Shown: positions 9,544 to 19,357 of the stretch, piece after piece
Numbering within the stretch: position 1 is the stretch's first letter
Layout of the letters: every line of letters begins with the position of its first letter
NCBI GenBank assembly: GCA_038729465.1
Contig: JAVYRZ010000001.1
Location: forward strand, 101,361-165,360
Origin: Thermoplasmata archaeon
Lineage (GTDB): Archaea > Thermoplasmatota > Thermoplasmata > Thermoplasmatales > ARK-15
DNA: 64,000 bases
Reading direction: 5' to 3'
The notes under the pieces: generated by a model
Database searches by the model: none
Told to the model about the DNA's origin: nothing
Seen by the model: the letters and a program-made list of their open reading frames with translations, nothing else
Translations under genes and position numbers: made by a program

Positions 9544-10598
9544 GAAATCACTCCAGTATTTCTGGCTGCTTTCTCAGCAGCATCTTTTGATAGCCCCTCA
9601 TCTCCAAGTATCGTATATCTATTTCGAATCTTATGGGCAATGGTCAAAGCATATACTACCTCCTCGTCCTTTAAATTCAGGTCTTTTGCAGTGGTAGGCG
9701 CACCAATTCTCTGGAGCGTATCTTTCACTTTTTGCCAGTCTTGCCCTTGCAAATAGCTCATTATTATAGTCCCTACTCCAACAAGTTCTCCGTGCAAAGA
9801 TCTGTTATCTGTACTTTTTTCTATTGCATGAGCAAATAAATGTTCACTACCACTAGCAGGCCTAGAAGATCCAGCAATGCTCATTGCCACACCTGAAAAT
9901 ATAAGATTTTTGACAATGATCCATACAGAGTCCTCATCATTAGGCTTGATTTTTGTGCTGTATTGGAATATCTCTTCTGCAGCATATTTAGCCAGAGCAT
10001 AAGCAGAACTACTAAATTCTTCGTTTTTAATTTTCTCTCCAAGCTCCCAATCTTTTACAGCTGTATAATTTGCAATTAAATCTGCTGCACCTGCAATAAG
10101 GTTTCGATATGGTGCTTTTACTAATATAGCAGTGTCTGCAATAATTCCAATAGGTACTGCAGCTTCCAGTGATATTGGACTATTATCATCTCTCAGAGAT
10201 GCTCTTGGACTTACTATTCCGTCATGAGAAGCTGTGGTAGGTATACTTATAAATGGCTTACATAGGTCATATGCTGCTTTTTTTGCAAGATCTATCTTTG
10301 ATCCCCCGCCAACTCCAATCAAAAAATCAGCCTTTATTTCTTCGCCATACTTTTTTATTTTTTCTAAGTTACTTAAATTTGCAATGTCCACGCTTATTAC
10401 TGATACATTAAATCCTGAATTCTTCAATATTTCCTCCACTGCTTTTCCTGCAATAGTGTATGAGATAGGGCCAGTAACAATCAACACATTTTTTTTCAGT
10501 TCGAGATGTCTGCATACATTATCCAGCTTTTCCAGTGCATTATGCCCTGCATATATCTCTCTCGGCAAAACCATATGCTTTGATTTGCTAAATTCCAT
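9540..10598 (-). CDS. egsA: Glycerol-1-phosphate dehydrogenase [NAD(P)+] (archaeal lipid backbone)
   Basis: 352 aa of the iron-dependent ADH/DHQS-like fold. GVGGGSKIDLAK, TTASHDG and SGSEHLFAH motifs are typical of EgsA. Confidence 0.85.
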   Translation of the reverse strand: MEFSKSKHMVLPREIYAGHNALEKLDNVCRHLELKKNVLIVTGPISYTIAGKAVEEILKNSGFNVSVISVDIANLSNLEKIKKYGEEIKADFLIGVGGGSKIDLAKKAAYDLCKPFISIPTTASHDGIVSPRASLRDDNSPISLEAAVPIGIIADTAILVKAPYRNLIAGAADLIANYTAVKDWELGEKIKNEEFSSSAYALAKYAAEEIFQYSTKIKPNDEDSVWIIVKNLIFSGVAMSIAGSSRPASGSEHLFAHAIEKSTDNRSLHGELVGVGTIIMSYLQGQDWQKVKDTLQRIGAPTTAKDLNLKDEEVVYALTIAHKIRNRYTILGDEGLSKDAAEKAARNTGVIS

Positions 10599-10776
10599 TT
10601 TAGAAAGATAAGTATATAATGGTTAATTAAAATTATGCTTTTTGATATTTTAATATAAAGATAATATAAAAATACGAGTATATTTAAAAAACAATTTCTC
10701 ATACCAAAGAAAAGTTAAGGAAAGATAAAAAAATTAAAATAAAGATATACTTTATCAATAAGATGAGCTGATATAT

Positions 10777-12231
10777 GTGGAGCTTAGTAACGTAGAAAAA
10801 ACTGTATTATTGCGCATTAAAGAAAGAAATGGCAAAAGTGTTTTGGTATCTGAGCTTTTAAAAGAAGGATTCAAGTCTATGGTAGAGCTAATGAACGCAC
10901 TATCTTGGCTGAAAATGAAAGGACTTTTAAAACTTGATGAGGTTATCAAAACAGAATATATACTTACTGATGATGGAAAATATGCCATAGAAAATGGTCT
11001 GGCAGAAAGAATAGTGTTTGATTACATAAAGGATAATGAGATCAATACGATTGAAAACTTAATTCAAAATATAAATAAGAAGATAGTGACATTAGGTATC
11101 TCTCATTTAAAAGATCTAGGATGCAGAATAGCTAATGGAAGAATTGAAATATTGGATCCTGCAAAAGTGGATATGAAAATAAGGGAAAGAGAATTATTTT
11201 TAATGAATTTTAAAACAGAAAAAAATGAGGAGTTACTTAAGCATTTTTTAAAAAGAGGTATACTAGAAAAGAAAGATATAGTAGAAAGAACAGTTACTTT
11301 AACTGATAACGGAGTAAAAATAATAAATGAAGGTATTGAGCTAAAAGAAGAGATTTCTCAGATCACATCTGAACTGATACAGTCAGGCAGATGGAAAGAG
11401 GTTGAGTTTAGAAAATACGATGTATCTCTGTTTGCGCCGAAAATATATCCCGGGAAGATTCATCCAATCACTAGCTTTATTCAACAAATACGATCTATTT
11501 TCTTGAGAATGGGATTTGAAGAGATAACGGGGGAGTATATACAAAGCGCATTTTGGAATATGGATGCTCTGTATATTCCTCAGGATCATCCGGCCAGAGA
11601 GATGCAGGATACGTTCTATTTATCTTACAAAAACTTTGAGTTGCCAGAGTATAAAAATACGGTCAAGTCAGTGCACGAAAATGGTTTTAAAGAGTCGATA
11701 GGATGGGGGTATAAATGGAATGAAGATATTGCTAAAAAGCCATTATTAAGAACCCATACCACGGTTAACTCTATCCATTACTTATTTGAAAATAGGGAAA
11801 AAGAGGCGTTTAAAGTATTTACCATTGGCAGAGTGTTCAGGAGAGAGAATATGGATCCCACCCATCTCCCTGAATTCACGCAGATAGAAGGAATATTGAC
11901 TGAAAAAAATGCAAATTTATCTATGTTAATGGGACTAATAAAGGAATTTTACAGGGCTATGGGGTTTACAGAAATTAAACTTAAACCCTCATATTTTCCG
12001 TACACGGAACCTAGTGTTGAAATAGATGTTAAATATAATGATAAATGGTTAGAACTTGGAGGTGCTGGAATATTTAGAACCGAAGTTACAGAGCCGCTGG
12101 GCGTAAAAACACCAGTACTTGCCTGGGGATTAGGATTAGAGAGGCTAGCGATGCTATACTTTGGTATTGAGGATATAAGAGAACTATACGTCAGCGATAT
12201 TGAAAAACTTAAAAATTTAAAAGTTTTATGA
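10777..12231 (+). CDS. pheS: Phenylalanine--tRNA ligase alpha subunit
   Basis: 484 aa with class II motifs (HPAREMQDTFY, LLRTHTT, FRRE, GAGIFRTEV..GLGLERLAM). GTG start. Confidence 0.9.
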   Translation: MELSNVEKTVLLRIKERNGKSVLVSELLKEGFKSMVELMNALSWLKMKGLLKLDEVIKTEYILTDDGKYAIENGLAERIVFDYIKDNEINTIENLIQNINKKIVTLGISHLKDLGCRIANGRIEILDPAKVDMKIRERELFLMNFKTEKNEELLKHFLKRGILEKKDIVERTVTLTDNGVKIINEGIELKEEISQITSELIQSGRWKEVEFRKYDVSLFAPKIYPGKIHPITSFIQQIRSIFLRMGFEEITGEYIQSAFWNMDALYIPQDHPAREMQDTFYLSYKNFELPEYKNTVKSVHENGFKESIGWGYKWNEDIAKKPLLRTHTTVNSIHYLFENREKEAFKVFTIGRVFRRENMDPTHLPEFTQIEGILTEKNANLSMLMGLIKEFYRAMGFTEIKLKPSYFPYTEPSVEIDVKYNDKWLELGGAGIFRTEVTEPLGVKTPVLAWGLGLERLAMLYFGIEDIRELYVSDIEKLKNLKVL

Positions 12232-12354
12232 CCTACCAGCCCTGCAGCTATCACAGATATTGTTTCTAATATGATCTTTACAGGCAGGTCTACCACATAT
12301 CATACAAATCTCAGTGGCAGGTTTTCCACAAATATGGCAGAGTCCGACAATCAT
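12226..12354 (-). CDS. Small Cys-rich zinc-finger protein (42 aa), not in the ORF track
   Basis: Translation MIVGLCHICGKPATEICMICGRPACKDHIRNNICDSCRAGRS (CxxC-x7-CxxC-x4-CxxH-x5-CxxC). Its ATG overlaps the queC stop in an ATGA arrangement. Confidence 0.5.
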   Translation of the reverse strand: MIVGLCHICGKPATEICMICGRPACKDHIRNNICDSCRAGRS

Positions 12355-13058
12355 TTTTGCCTCACATATTTTATATAGAAATCTGGGTAGTAAGCATAAT
12401 CGATAGGATCTTGCTTGCCGGCTTCCATAAATCCTTTAAGTCTTAATAAACAAGAATCGCATTTACCGCAAGCTTTTTTCTTACCTTCATAACATGACCA
12501 GGTAAGGTTGTAAGGAACCTTTAACTTGGTTCCGAGTTTTATTATCTCCGCCTTGCTCATGTTTAATAAAGGGGCCTCAATTTTTATCTTAGATCCTTCA
12601 ACTCCGGTTTTGGTTGCAAGATTTGCAAGTTTATTAAATTCTCTGAAATATTCAGGTCTGCAATCTGGATATCCGGAGTAGTCTATTGCATTAGCTCCGA
12701 TAAATATTTTTTTAGCATTTATAACTTCTGCAAAGCCTAAAGCATATGATAAAAATATTGTATTTCTTGCTGGAACATAGGTGACAGGGATCTCATTAGA
12801 CATATCATCAATATCTCTTTGCTGCGGTACTGGAATATTTGAGGTTAAAGCACTACCTCCAATTGCACGCAAATCTAGTTTTATGATTTTCAAAGGCAAC
12901 TTATAAAAATCAGCCACTTTTTTTGCACTATCTAGTTCTTTCTTATGCCTCTGCCCATATAAAAAAGTTAAGGGAAACACATCATAATGTTTAGATAAGG
13001 CATAAGCCGTAACAGTAGTGCTATCTAGTCCTCCTGACAATAAACTAACTACTTTCAT
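12351..13058 (-). CDS. queC: 7-cyano-7-deazaguanine synthase
   Basis: LLSGGLDS PP-loop and C-terminal CGKCDSC zinc motif, 235 aa. Confidence 0.9.
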   Translation of the reverse strand: MKVVSLLSGGLDSTTVTAYALSKHYDVFPLTFLYGQRHKKELDSAKKVADFYKLPLKIIKLDLRAIGGSALTSNIPVPQQRDIDDMSNEIPVTYVPARNTIFLSYALGFAEVINAKKIFIGANAIDYSGYPDCRPEYFREFNKLANLATKTGVEGSKIKIEAPLLNMSKAEIIKLGTKLKVPYNLTWSCYEGKKKACGKCDSCLLRLKGFMEAGKQDPIDYAYYPDFYIKYVRQK

Positions 13059-13543
13059 TTTTTTCCACTTTTAATATTTTTAGAGGTATACGCGCCCTGT
13101 CCTTTTCCCTCTTCTATACCTAACTCTACCTTTTCAATATTAGAACCAAATATGTTTTTGGCAATTAATTTATCTAGTATATACTCTGATAAAGATTCAG
13201 CAGTAGTGACATTCAAGTCTAATAGCGCTACATCTCCAACAGGAAAAACATATTCTTTGTCAGAGAATGATACAATCACGCGATCCTCTATAATCTGAAC
13301 ATTCATAAAATCTGATTTTTTCGGAATAAGTACACGATGATCGATGGTTTCTAGTAAATCTCTCAGTATTTGTTTTATTTCTATAAAATCCATCAACATA
13401 TATTTATCGTTTATGCTACCGTATATTCTAACTATTACTCCGTAATCATGTCCGTGTAATCTAGAGCACTTGCCATGGAAAGGTATAAAATGAGAAGCAG
13501 AAAATCTCAGATTAAGATCCCAACCATTTAACTCTAACATCAT
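13055..13543 (-). CDS. queD: 6-carboxy-5,6,7,8-tetrahydropterin synthase (PTPS family)
   Basis: FSASHF..HGKCSRLHGHDY motif. 4-nt overlap with queC. Confidence 0.85.
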   Translation of the reverse strand: MMLELNGWDLNLRFSASHFIPFHGKCSRLHGHDYGVIVRIYGSINDKYMLMDFIEIKQILRDLLETIDHRVLIPKKSDFMNVQIIEDRVIVSFSDKEYVFPVGDVALLDLNVTTAESLSEYILDKLIAKNIFGSNIEKVELGIEEGKGQGAYTSKNIKSGKK

Positions 13544-13812
13544 ATTAATCCCATATTATATCTATTCTATTTAAATTTAACCTCAGCTCATTTCTAATTT
13601 TTAAGCATCAAAAAATAAAGCAAAGATTGAAAAGATAAAAGTAGGGTTGGTACGGCCAGAATTTATGCCTGTGTATATTGCAACATCCTGCTAATGATAA
13701 AATATATCTGTGCAGGCAGAAGTCGGTCATTGATGCAGAAAACACCGATACATTAGCTTAGGAATAGCTCCATGCAAAATATTATTAATGAATGTAAGTA
13801 TTGAGATATCAT

Positions 13813-14763
13813 ATGATAAAAAAACATCAAAAGAACATAATACTAGGGTTTGAAATTGGTGCCAGCAAAATAATTGGAATTTTAGGGGATCTTAGTGGGA
13901 CCATTAACAAAAAAGTTTATGAAAAAACAGAACATGGAGAAACAATAAGCATATTAATTAGTCAATTATGGAAACTTAAAAATAAAATAGTTAGTGAGAA
14001 AGAATATGAAGAAGTGAACTACATAAGCATTACTTTTCCCGGAATCATAAATGAAGGAACGATTGTATATTCCCCAAACTTACCAAATCTAGCCAATGTA
14101 AAATTTTCAGAACTATTAGAATCTAAGTTTCACAAAAAGATATACATCGAAAATGATGCAAATTCACAGGCTCTAGCACAGAAGATATTTGGAAGAAATC
14201 ATATAAGTAATTTTGTATATATAGCAGTTGGATCTGGTATTGGAGGTGCAATAATTATAAATGATAAGTTATACAAGGGATACAATGGTTGGGCGGGGGA
14301 GTTTGGACATACGGTCATTATGACAGATGGACCATTGTGCGGTTGTAACAGAAAAGGGTGTGTGGAAGCACTTGCTTCAGGGTTTTCTATAACAAGGAGA
14401 GCAAAAGAAAAACTGCCAGATAAGAGATCTATATTAAATACTATATCATTAAGAGAATTAGATGCAAAAGCAATATTTAATGCTAAAAAAGCAGGAGATA
14501 AACTTGCAACAGAGATTGTTGAAGAAACTGCTAAATACATGGCAATTTTTATTGCAAACATAATAAATATATTAGATCCAGAAGCAATTGTAATGGGTGG
14601 TGGAGTTACAAAGAACAATGCTGATTTTATAAAACTGATAAGAGAGAAAGTTAAAACAGAACTAGGATATTATAGAAGGGATGTAAAAATAAGCATAGCA
14701 AGTGAAAAGTTGATTGAGAAAGCACCAATTGCAACAGTAAGATATTTTAAGGAATTACAATAA
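13813..14763 (+). CDS. ROK family sugar kinase (glucokinase-like)
   Basis: ENDANSQALA, GSGIGGAII, GWAGEFGH and CGCNRKGCVE zinc motif. ATG at 13813 preferred to the TTG at 13801. Confidence 0.8.
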   Translation: MIKKHQKNIILGFEIGASKIIGILGDLSGTINKKVYEKTEHGETISILISQLWKLKNKIVSEKEYEEVNYISITFPGIINEGTIVYSPNLPNLANVKFSELLESKFHKKIYIENDANSQALAQKIFGRNHISNFVYIAVGSGIGGAIIINDKLYKGYNGWAGEFGHTVIMTDGPLCGCNRKGCVEALASGFSITRRAKEKLPDKRSILNTISLRELDAKAIFNAKKAGDKLATEIVEETAKYMAIFIANIINILDPEAIVMGGGVTKNNADFIKLIREKVKTELGYYRRDVKISIASEKLIEKAPIATVRYFKELQ

Positions 14764-14798
14764 TAATTTATTTATGTAGAATAGTAATATGGATAATA

Positions 14799-15260
14799 AT
14801 GATAGAAATACCTGCTATTTTGATATATAAGAAGAAAATAAAGGGTTTTGGAAGCGTAGAAGAGTTGATAAGCAGTACCAGTTCAAAAACGTTATATCTT
14901 TATGATTACGACTCTTTTTTAGGCAAAGAATTTAATTTTAAATATTATTCGGATTTAGGGGATATATATAAGCTTTGGATTGAGGCAAATCTAAAGAAGA
15001 TAAGGGATCTGATCGATATTTTAGTAGCAGGTGGTGAAATAGTGGTGCTGGATCCGAAATCAAAATTTTACAGAAAAAACGATGAGATCTTAAAATATAC
15101 AGATCAAGTGGCTATAAAATTAGATGACTCTGTAGATTTAAAAAAATATAAATTGTTTGGTGGCAAATATGTTATATATAATAAAGATCTTGAGGATAGA
15201 GAACTGGAGGTTACAAAGCCTGTATTTTTAAGAGGTGTGATATATGATAGAGAGGTTTAA
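14799..15260 (+). CDS. Hypothetical protein (153 aa), first gene of an overlapping four-ORF cassette
   Basis: ORF only. There is a weak by-eye resemblance to a HisA/HisF-like half barrel (IPAILIY..., LYLYDYDS, VAGGEIVVL), which is not sufficient for a call. Confidence 0.4.
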   Translation: MIEIPAILIYKKKIKGFGSVEELISSTSSKTLYLYDYDSFLGKEFNFKYYSDLGDIYKLWIEANLKKIRDLIDILVAGGEIVVLDPKSKFYRKNDEILKYTDQVAIKLDDSVDLKKYKLFGGKYVIYNKDLEDRELEVTKPVFLRGVIYDREV

Positions 15261-15732
15261 AGAAATAATATACATAGTTTCAAAGAAACTAGATAAAAAA
15301 GAGCTGACCGAGTCTGATTTTAAAAAAAGTCTGGTATACGATAGACAATGGCTTAGCCCAGACCATCTCAAAAAGTTTTTGGACATATGTTTAGAAATCA
15401 GATTATTGCAAAAAGATAACGATACTTATGTACCTACATTCTCTTTCAAGGATATACAGGTGACATTAGACACAAAGATAAGTGATAAAGATATTGATGA
15501 CTATAAACCACCAACAATCCAGAAAGATATTTTTATAGAAATACTGGAATATATAGAGCAAAAAGTAGCAATGCAGAGAAACGAAATTGTAAAAAATGTG
15601 AATAAAATCAAGGGAAAAATGAGATTTGTAACCATAGAGATTGCAGCACTAATTTATGCAAAAGATTTAAATTTGGATATATCTAAATTTTTAGACCCTG
15701 TGAAAGATAAGATTTTGAGTGGTATAAAATGA
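15244..15732 (+). CDS. Hypothetical protein (162 aa), second gene of the cassette
   Basis: ORF overlaps the upstream ORF by 17 nt and the downstream ORF by ATGA. No recognisable catalytic motif. Confidence 0.4.
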   Translation: MIERFKEIIYIVSKKLDKKELTESDFKKSLVYDRQWLSPDHLKKFLDICLEIRLLQKDNDTYVPTFSFKDIQVTLDTKISDKDIDDYKPPTIQKDIFIEILEYIEQKVAMQRNEIVKNVNKIKGKMRFVTIEIAALIYAKDLNLDISKFLDPVKDKILSGIK

Positions 15733-16007
15733 GAATTGTTCGAGCATCTGAAATTTCTGAGTTTGAATTCTGCTCTTTGAAATGGTACTATCGCGTTAAA
15801 GGCATAAAAGTATCAAAAGCGAAAGAAGCAGAAAGAACCTCAGCATTTGAGAGAGGAGAAGCGATGCATAAGAAGATGGGAGAAAGCATTGTTAAAACGC
15901 ATAGATTTGCATCAACATTAAAATATTTGATACTATTTTTAATAATAATATTATTGGTGACATTATGGATCTCTGGAATATTTACGTTTTTATTGCAATT
16001 ATTTTAA
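15729..16007 (+). CDS. Cas4-like nuclease, N-terminal segment (first Fe-S cysteine) ending in a hydrophobic helix
   Basis: ASEISEFEFCSLKWYY plus RGEAMHKKM match the Cas4/RecB-family N-terminus. The C-terminus LKYLILFLIIILLVTLWISGIFTFLLQLF is a predicted TM helix. Confidence 0.55.
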   Translation: MRIVRASEISEFEFCSLKWYYRVKGIKVSKAKEAERTSAFERGEAMHKKMGESIVKTHRFASTLKYLILFLIIILLVTLWISGIFTFLLQLF

Positions 16008-16492
16008 TTTTATTAATCTTCTCAATCTTAGCATATTTACGTTCTAAAAGATCATTAAAAAGAATTGGTTTAAGGGGAAATGAGATATATGCAGACATGG
16101 AAATAAGGGCGACAACATCTTTATATTCAGAGTCTCTAGGACTGGTAGGTAAGCCTGACAGAATTACCAGGCAAGGCAATGAAATCATAGTTTGGGAATT
16201 TAAATCAAGAGAAGCGCCGGCAATTCCTTTTGATAGCCATATAATGCAATTAGCTGCATATGCAATTTTAGCAGAAGAAAAATTTAAAACAAAGGTGAGC
16301 AAAGGGATTATCAGGTACAGTAACAAAACATTCGAGATCGCAATTGACAAAGCATTAAAAGAGAGAGTAACAGAACTGATTAAAGAGATACAGCGATACC
16401 CTCCGGAAGGGCAGGTATATAGAAATCATAATGACAAAGCTCGATGTTTAAAATGTGAATATAGAGAAATATGCAAATATTCTCTTATCTAA
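15965..16492 (+). CDS. Cas4-like PD-(D/E)XK nuclease core with C-terminal Cys cluster, preceded by a hydrophobic helix
   Basis: N-terminal TM IYVFIAIILILLIFSILAY. Nuclease motifs GKPDRI, EIIVWEFKS, QLAAYAIL. CLKCEYREIC cluster. Confidence 0.65.
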   Translation: MDLWNIYVFIAIILILLIFSILAYLRSKRSLKRIGLRGNEIYADMEIRATTSLYSESLGLVGKPDRITRQGNEIIVWEFKSREAPAIPFDSHIMQLAAYAILAEEKFKTKVSKGIIRYSNKTFEIAIDKALKERVTELIKEIQRYPPEGQVYRNHNDKARCLKCEYREICKYSLI

Positions 16493-18353
16493 CCTTTTTT
16501 ATAGATACGTAGGTGGATTGCAGTGCTGTTCCAGATCCATAGCGTTCTTGAACGAGGTCTTCAACCACAAAATTGATGTTTTTTCCATCATTCAGTTTAG
16601 GCCAAGCACCTTTATATGCTGCTACTACACCTTCAGGAATATCATCAGATATTATTGCGGTCATATTCAAAGCACCTGCAGTGCTTTTTACCTCTATCAG
16701 ATCTCCATCTTTAATTCCCAAATTTAAAGCATCGTTTCTGTTGACTCTTAAAGCAGTGTCAAACGAAGTTAAAATATTGAACTGAGAGTGCATGGACTTA
16801 ATATGAGTTAAGCTTAAAAATATAAATTTTCCATCTATGCTATTCTTCTTTAAATCAGTATCTATATAATTAAAATTTATCTTACCACTGGAATTTGGAA
16901 CCTTTATCTTTGCAAAGCCATGGTTATAAAATTCTTCTGTGTTTATATTTAACTGGCTCAGTACCTTTGAGATAATTTCAGATTCAGATTCTATAAGCGC
17001 AGGATCAGGCAATTTCATATGCTTTGCCAGTAAAGTGAATAGTTCATAGTTTGATTTGCACTCTCCTCTTGGCTCTACTATTTTCTGGTTTAAGTTGATA
17101 TAATTGTGAAAATATGAAACTACCAAATCATTTTGCTCAAAAAAAGTAGTGGCAGGCAAAACGATATCTGCAAAATCAGTAGAGTCTGTAAAAAAGAGAT
17201 CATGAACAACAATAAACAAACCGTTTTTGACTGCGTCTCTTAGAGCCTCTTGATTTGGTAAAGTAGCAAATGGATTACTATTGTATACAAACATGAACTT
17301 GATGTTTTTTTCTTTTAATTCTCTTCCGAGCTGAGACTGTTTAATCAGTACTCTATTATCATTTGAGCCTGCAAGATATTTATAATCCAGGTCATTTTTA
17401 AGACTGTATATAAGCCCATTCATGTTACCCAAAAGTGCTGGCAATATAGCAATTGCTTTAACGGTATCTCCACCATGCAAGCTTCTCTGAAATCCATATC
17501 CTATATGTATAATGCTTTTTTTTGTTAGATAAAGCTCTGCCAGAGCTATAATATCCTCCTTTTTAATGCCTGTGATTGAGGATGTATAATCTAAACTGTA
17601 CTTTTCAACCTTAGCTGCAAAATTATCAAAACCGATCGTTGATAGACTTATAAAATCTTTATCATATTTTTTATTTTTTATGATATAATTTGCCAATCCG
17701 AGAGCTAGCGTAATATCTGTTCCTATCTTGATTTTTATATGCCAATCTGCTTTTTTAGACGTTTCAGTAGCTAAAGGATCTATAGCTATCATATATGCCT
17801 TGCTCTTTTTAGCAAGATAATAGCCATGAACATTGGTCCAAACACTGTTAATTCCCCAATATATTATCAATTCAGAATTCAGGATCTCTAATGGATCTAC
17901 GCTATTGAAAGAGCCATACAGTTGTTCCAGTGCTCTAGCACCGGCTTCGTCACATGCGCTATGTAATAGTTTTGCAGTGCCAAGATAATTAAAAAAACGT
18001 TGCGGAAAATAATATGAAATCAAACCTTTATTGCCGGCATATTCTACATTTAATATGCTTTCAGGTCCATAAGTATCCATAGTTTCTTGAATTTTATCAG
18101 AAATGATTTCTAATGCTTTATTCCATTCCAATCTTTCAAATTTACCTTCTCCTTTTTTACCAACTGCTTTCATCGGATAAAGCACTCTTTTTTCTGAGTA
18201 ATATGCGTCCACAAAAAATTTAGATTTATAGCATAAGAATCCATTTGTTACCGGATGTTCTTTATTGCCATTAATATATAGTTTATCATCTAGATCTGTC
18301 CATATAGAACAAGAGTCATAGCAGTCTTTTGGGCATGCACTGAAAAACCTCAT
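16485..18353 (-). CDS. Molybdopterin (bis-MGD) oxidoreductase catalytic subunit, cytoplasmic type
   Basis: 622 aa with an N-terminal 4Fe-4S motif CPKDCYDSCS, a molybdopterin-binding core and a C-terminal MopB_CT-like barrel. No Tat signal. Confidence 0.75.
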   Translation of the reverse strand: MRFFSACPKDCYDSCSIWTDLDDKLYINGNKEHPVTNGFLCYKSKFFVDAYYSEKRVLYPMKAVGKKGEGKFERLEWNKALEIISDKIQETMDTYGPESILNVEYAGNKGLISYYFPQRFFNYLGTAKLLHSACDEAGARALEQLYGSFNSVDPLEILNSELIIYWGINSVWTNVHGYYLAKKSKAYMIAIDPLATETSKKADWHIKIKIGTDITLALGLANYIIKNKKYDKDFISLSTIGFDNFAAKVEKYSLDYTSSITGIKKEDIIALAELYLTKKSIIHIGYGFQRSLHGGDTVKAIAILPALLGNMNGLIYSLKNDLDYKYLAGSNDNRVLIKQSQLGRELKEKNIKFMFVYNSNPFATLPNQEALRDAVKNGLFIVVHDLFFTDSTDFADIVLPATTFFEQNDLVVSYFHNYINLNQKIVEPRGECKSNYELFTLLAKHMKLPDPALIESESEIISKVLSQLNINTEEFYNHGFAKIKVPNSSGKINFNYIDTDLKKNSIDGKFIFLSLTHIKSMHSQFNILTSFDTALRVNRNDALNLGIKDGDLIEVKSTAGALNMTAIISDDIPEGVVAAYKGAWPKLNDGKNINFVVEDLVQERYGSGTALQSTYVSIKKVR

Positions 18354-18439
18354 AGTTTAAAATATATGAATTCTATGATTTATATTTTTGGGAAACTCCT
18401 GAAAAATATTAATAATATGATTTTCATTGTGCATCTTGT

Positions 18440-19357
18440 ATGGAATCAACAGCACCGGCAAAAATAATATTGTTCGGAGAGCATGCGGTCGTTTATGGAG
18501 AGCCTGCCATAGCGATGGCCATAAATATACGAAGTACGGTCAAGTTAACTCAGGCAGATAAGTTTTTGATAAATGGGGAAATTCCCGATTCCAAGTTTCA
18601 TAGCTACATAAAAAAGGCCATAGAACTTTACTGGAAAGAAGGACCTTTGAATGTAACAACAAAGAGCATGATTCCACATGCTTCTGGTCTAGGATCTTCA
18701 GCATCTATTACAGTTTCTACTGTTTCTTCTATTTTAGCGCTGCAGAATGATTGGAGCAAAGAAAAAATTGCAAAAAATAGTTTTGAGATAGAATATTTAG
18801 TGCAGGGCGCAGCAAGTCCTACTGATACATCTACAGTAACTTCAGGCGGTGTAGTTTTGGTATCTAGACATAAACCGGCCCTATTATGGGAAATTGAAAA
18901 AGAAGGAAATAGATGGTATATAAACAATATAGATATCAGCCAGCTATCGTTGATAATAGGTTGCTCAAGCATAAAAGGAGTAACTCATGAGCAGGTAGAA
19001 AAAGTTAGGAAATATGTAAATAACAGCAGTTTTGCAAGAGAGGTTATAAAGGAAATAGGAGATATTACAGTTTCTTCGATTTCAGCACTAAAAAATGGAG
19101 ACTATGAAACATTGGGAAATTTAATGAAAAAAAATCAAAGTTTATTGTCAATTTTGGGTGTCAGTCATCCGCAGATACAGAGCATGATAAACGAAGTTGA
19201 AAAATATTCATACGGCTCTAAAATTACAGGTGCAGGTGGCGGGGGATGCATTATTATACTCACTGATGAAAAGGATGAAGTATCAAAAATATTAAAGGCC
19301 GGGGGTTGGGAAGCATACCAAGTAAAAATGGATAAAGAAGGTGTGAAGGTTTACTGA
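18440..19357 (+). CDS. mvk: Mevalonate kinase (GHMP kinase family)
   Basis: [22 protein letters not shown]-terminus, GHMP motif [21 protein letters not shown]. Confidence 0.8.
   Translation: MESTAPAKIILFGEHAVVYGEPAIAMAINIRSTVKLTQADKFLINGEIPDSKFHSYIKKAIELYWKEGPLNVTTKSMIPHASGLGSSASITVSTVSSILALQNDWSKEKIAKNSFEIEYLVQGAASPTDTSTVTSGGVVLVSRHKPALLWEIEKEGNRWYINNIDISQLSLIIGCSSIKGVTHEQVEKVRKYVNNSSFAREVIKEIGDITVSSISALKNGDYETLGNLMKKNQSLLSILGVSHPQIQSMINEVEKYSYGSKITGAGGGGCIIILTDEKDEVSKILKAGGWEAYQVKMDKEGVKVY

Noticed and set aside
13620-13800. Possible small RNA or C/D-box sRNA in the queD/ROK spacer. The element is cctgc-taATGATAa...tCTGT-gcagg, with a second TGATGC...CCGA pair.
   Set aside because: All four boxes deviate from the RUGAUGA/CUGA consensus. 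The first box pair is only about 30 nt apart, too short for a guide RNA. I could not fold a convincing K-turn architecture.
14799-16492. Searched for a CRISPR array or cas operon near the Cas4-like gene, and elsewhere in the window.
   Set aside because: I found no regularly spaced direct repeats and no Cas1, Cas2 or effector-like ORFs. The Cas4-like gene is stand-alone.
16455-16727. Track ORF 16455-16727 (+), downstream of the Cas4-like gene.
   Set aside because: It lies antisense to the C-terminal barrel of the molybdopterin oxidoreductase and has no motifs.
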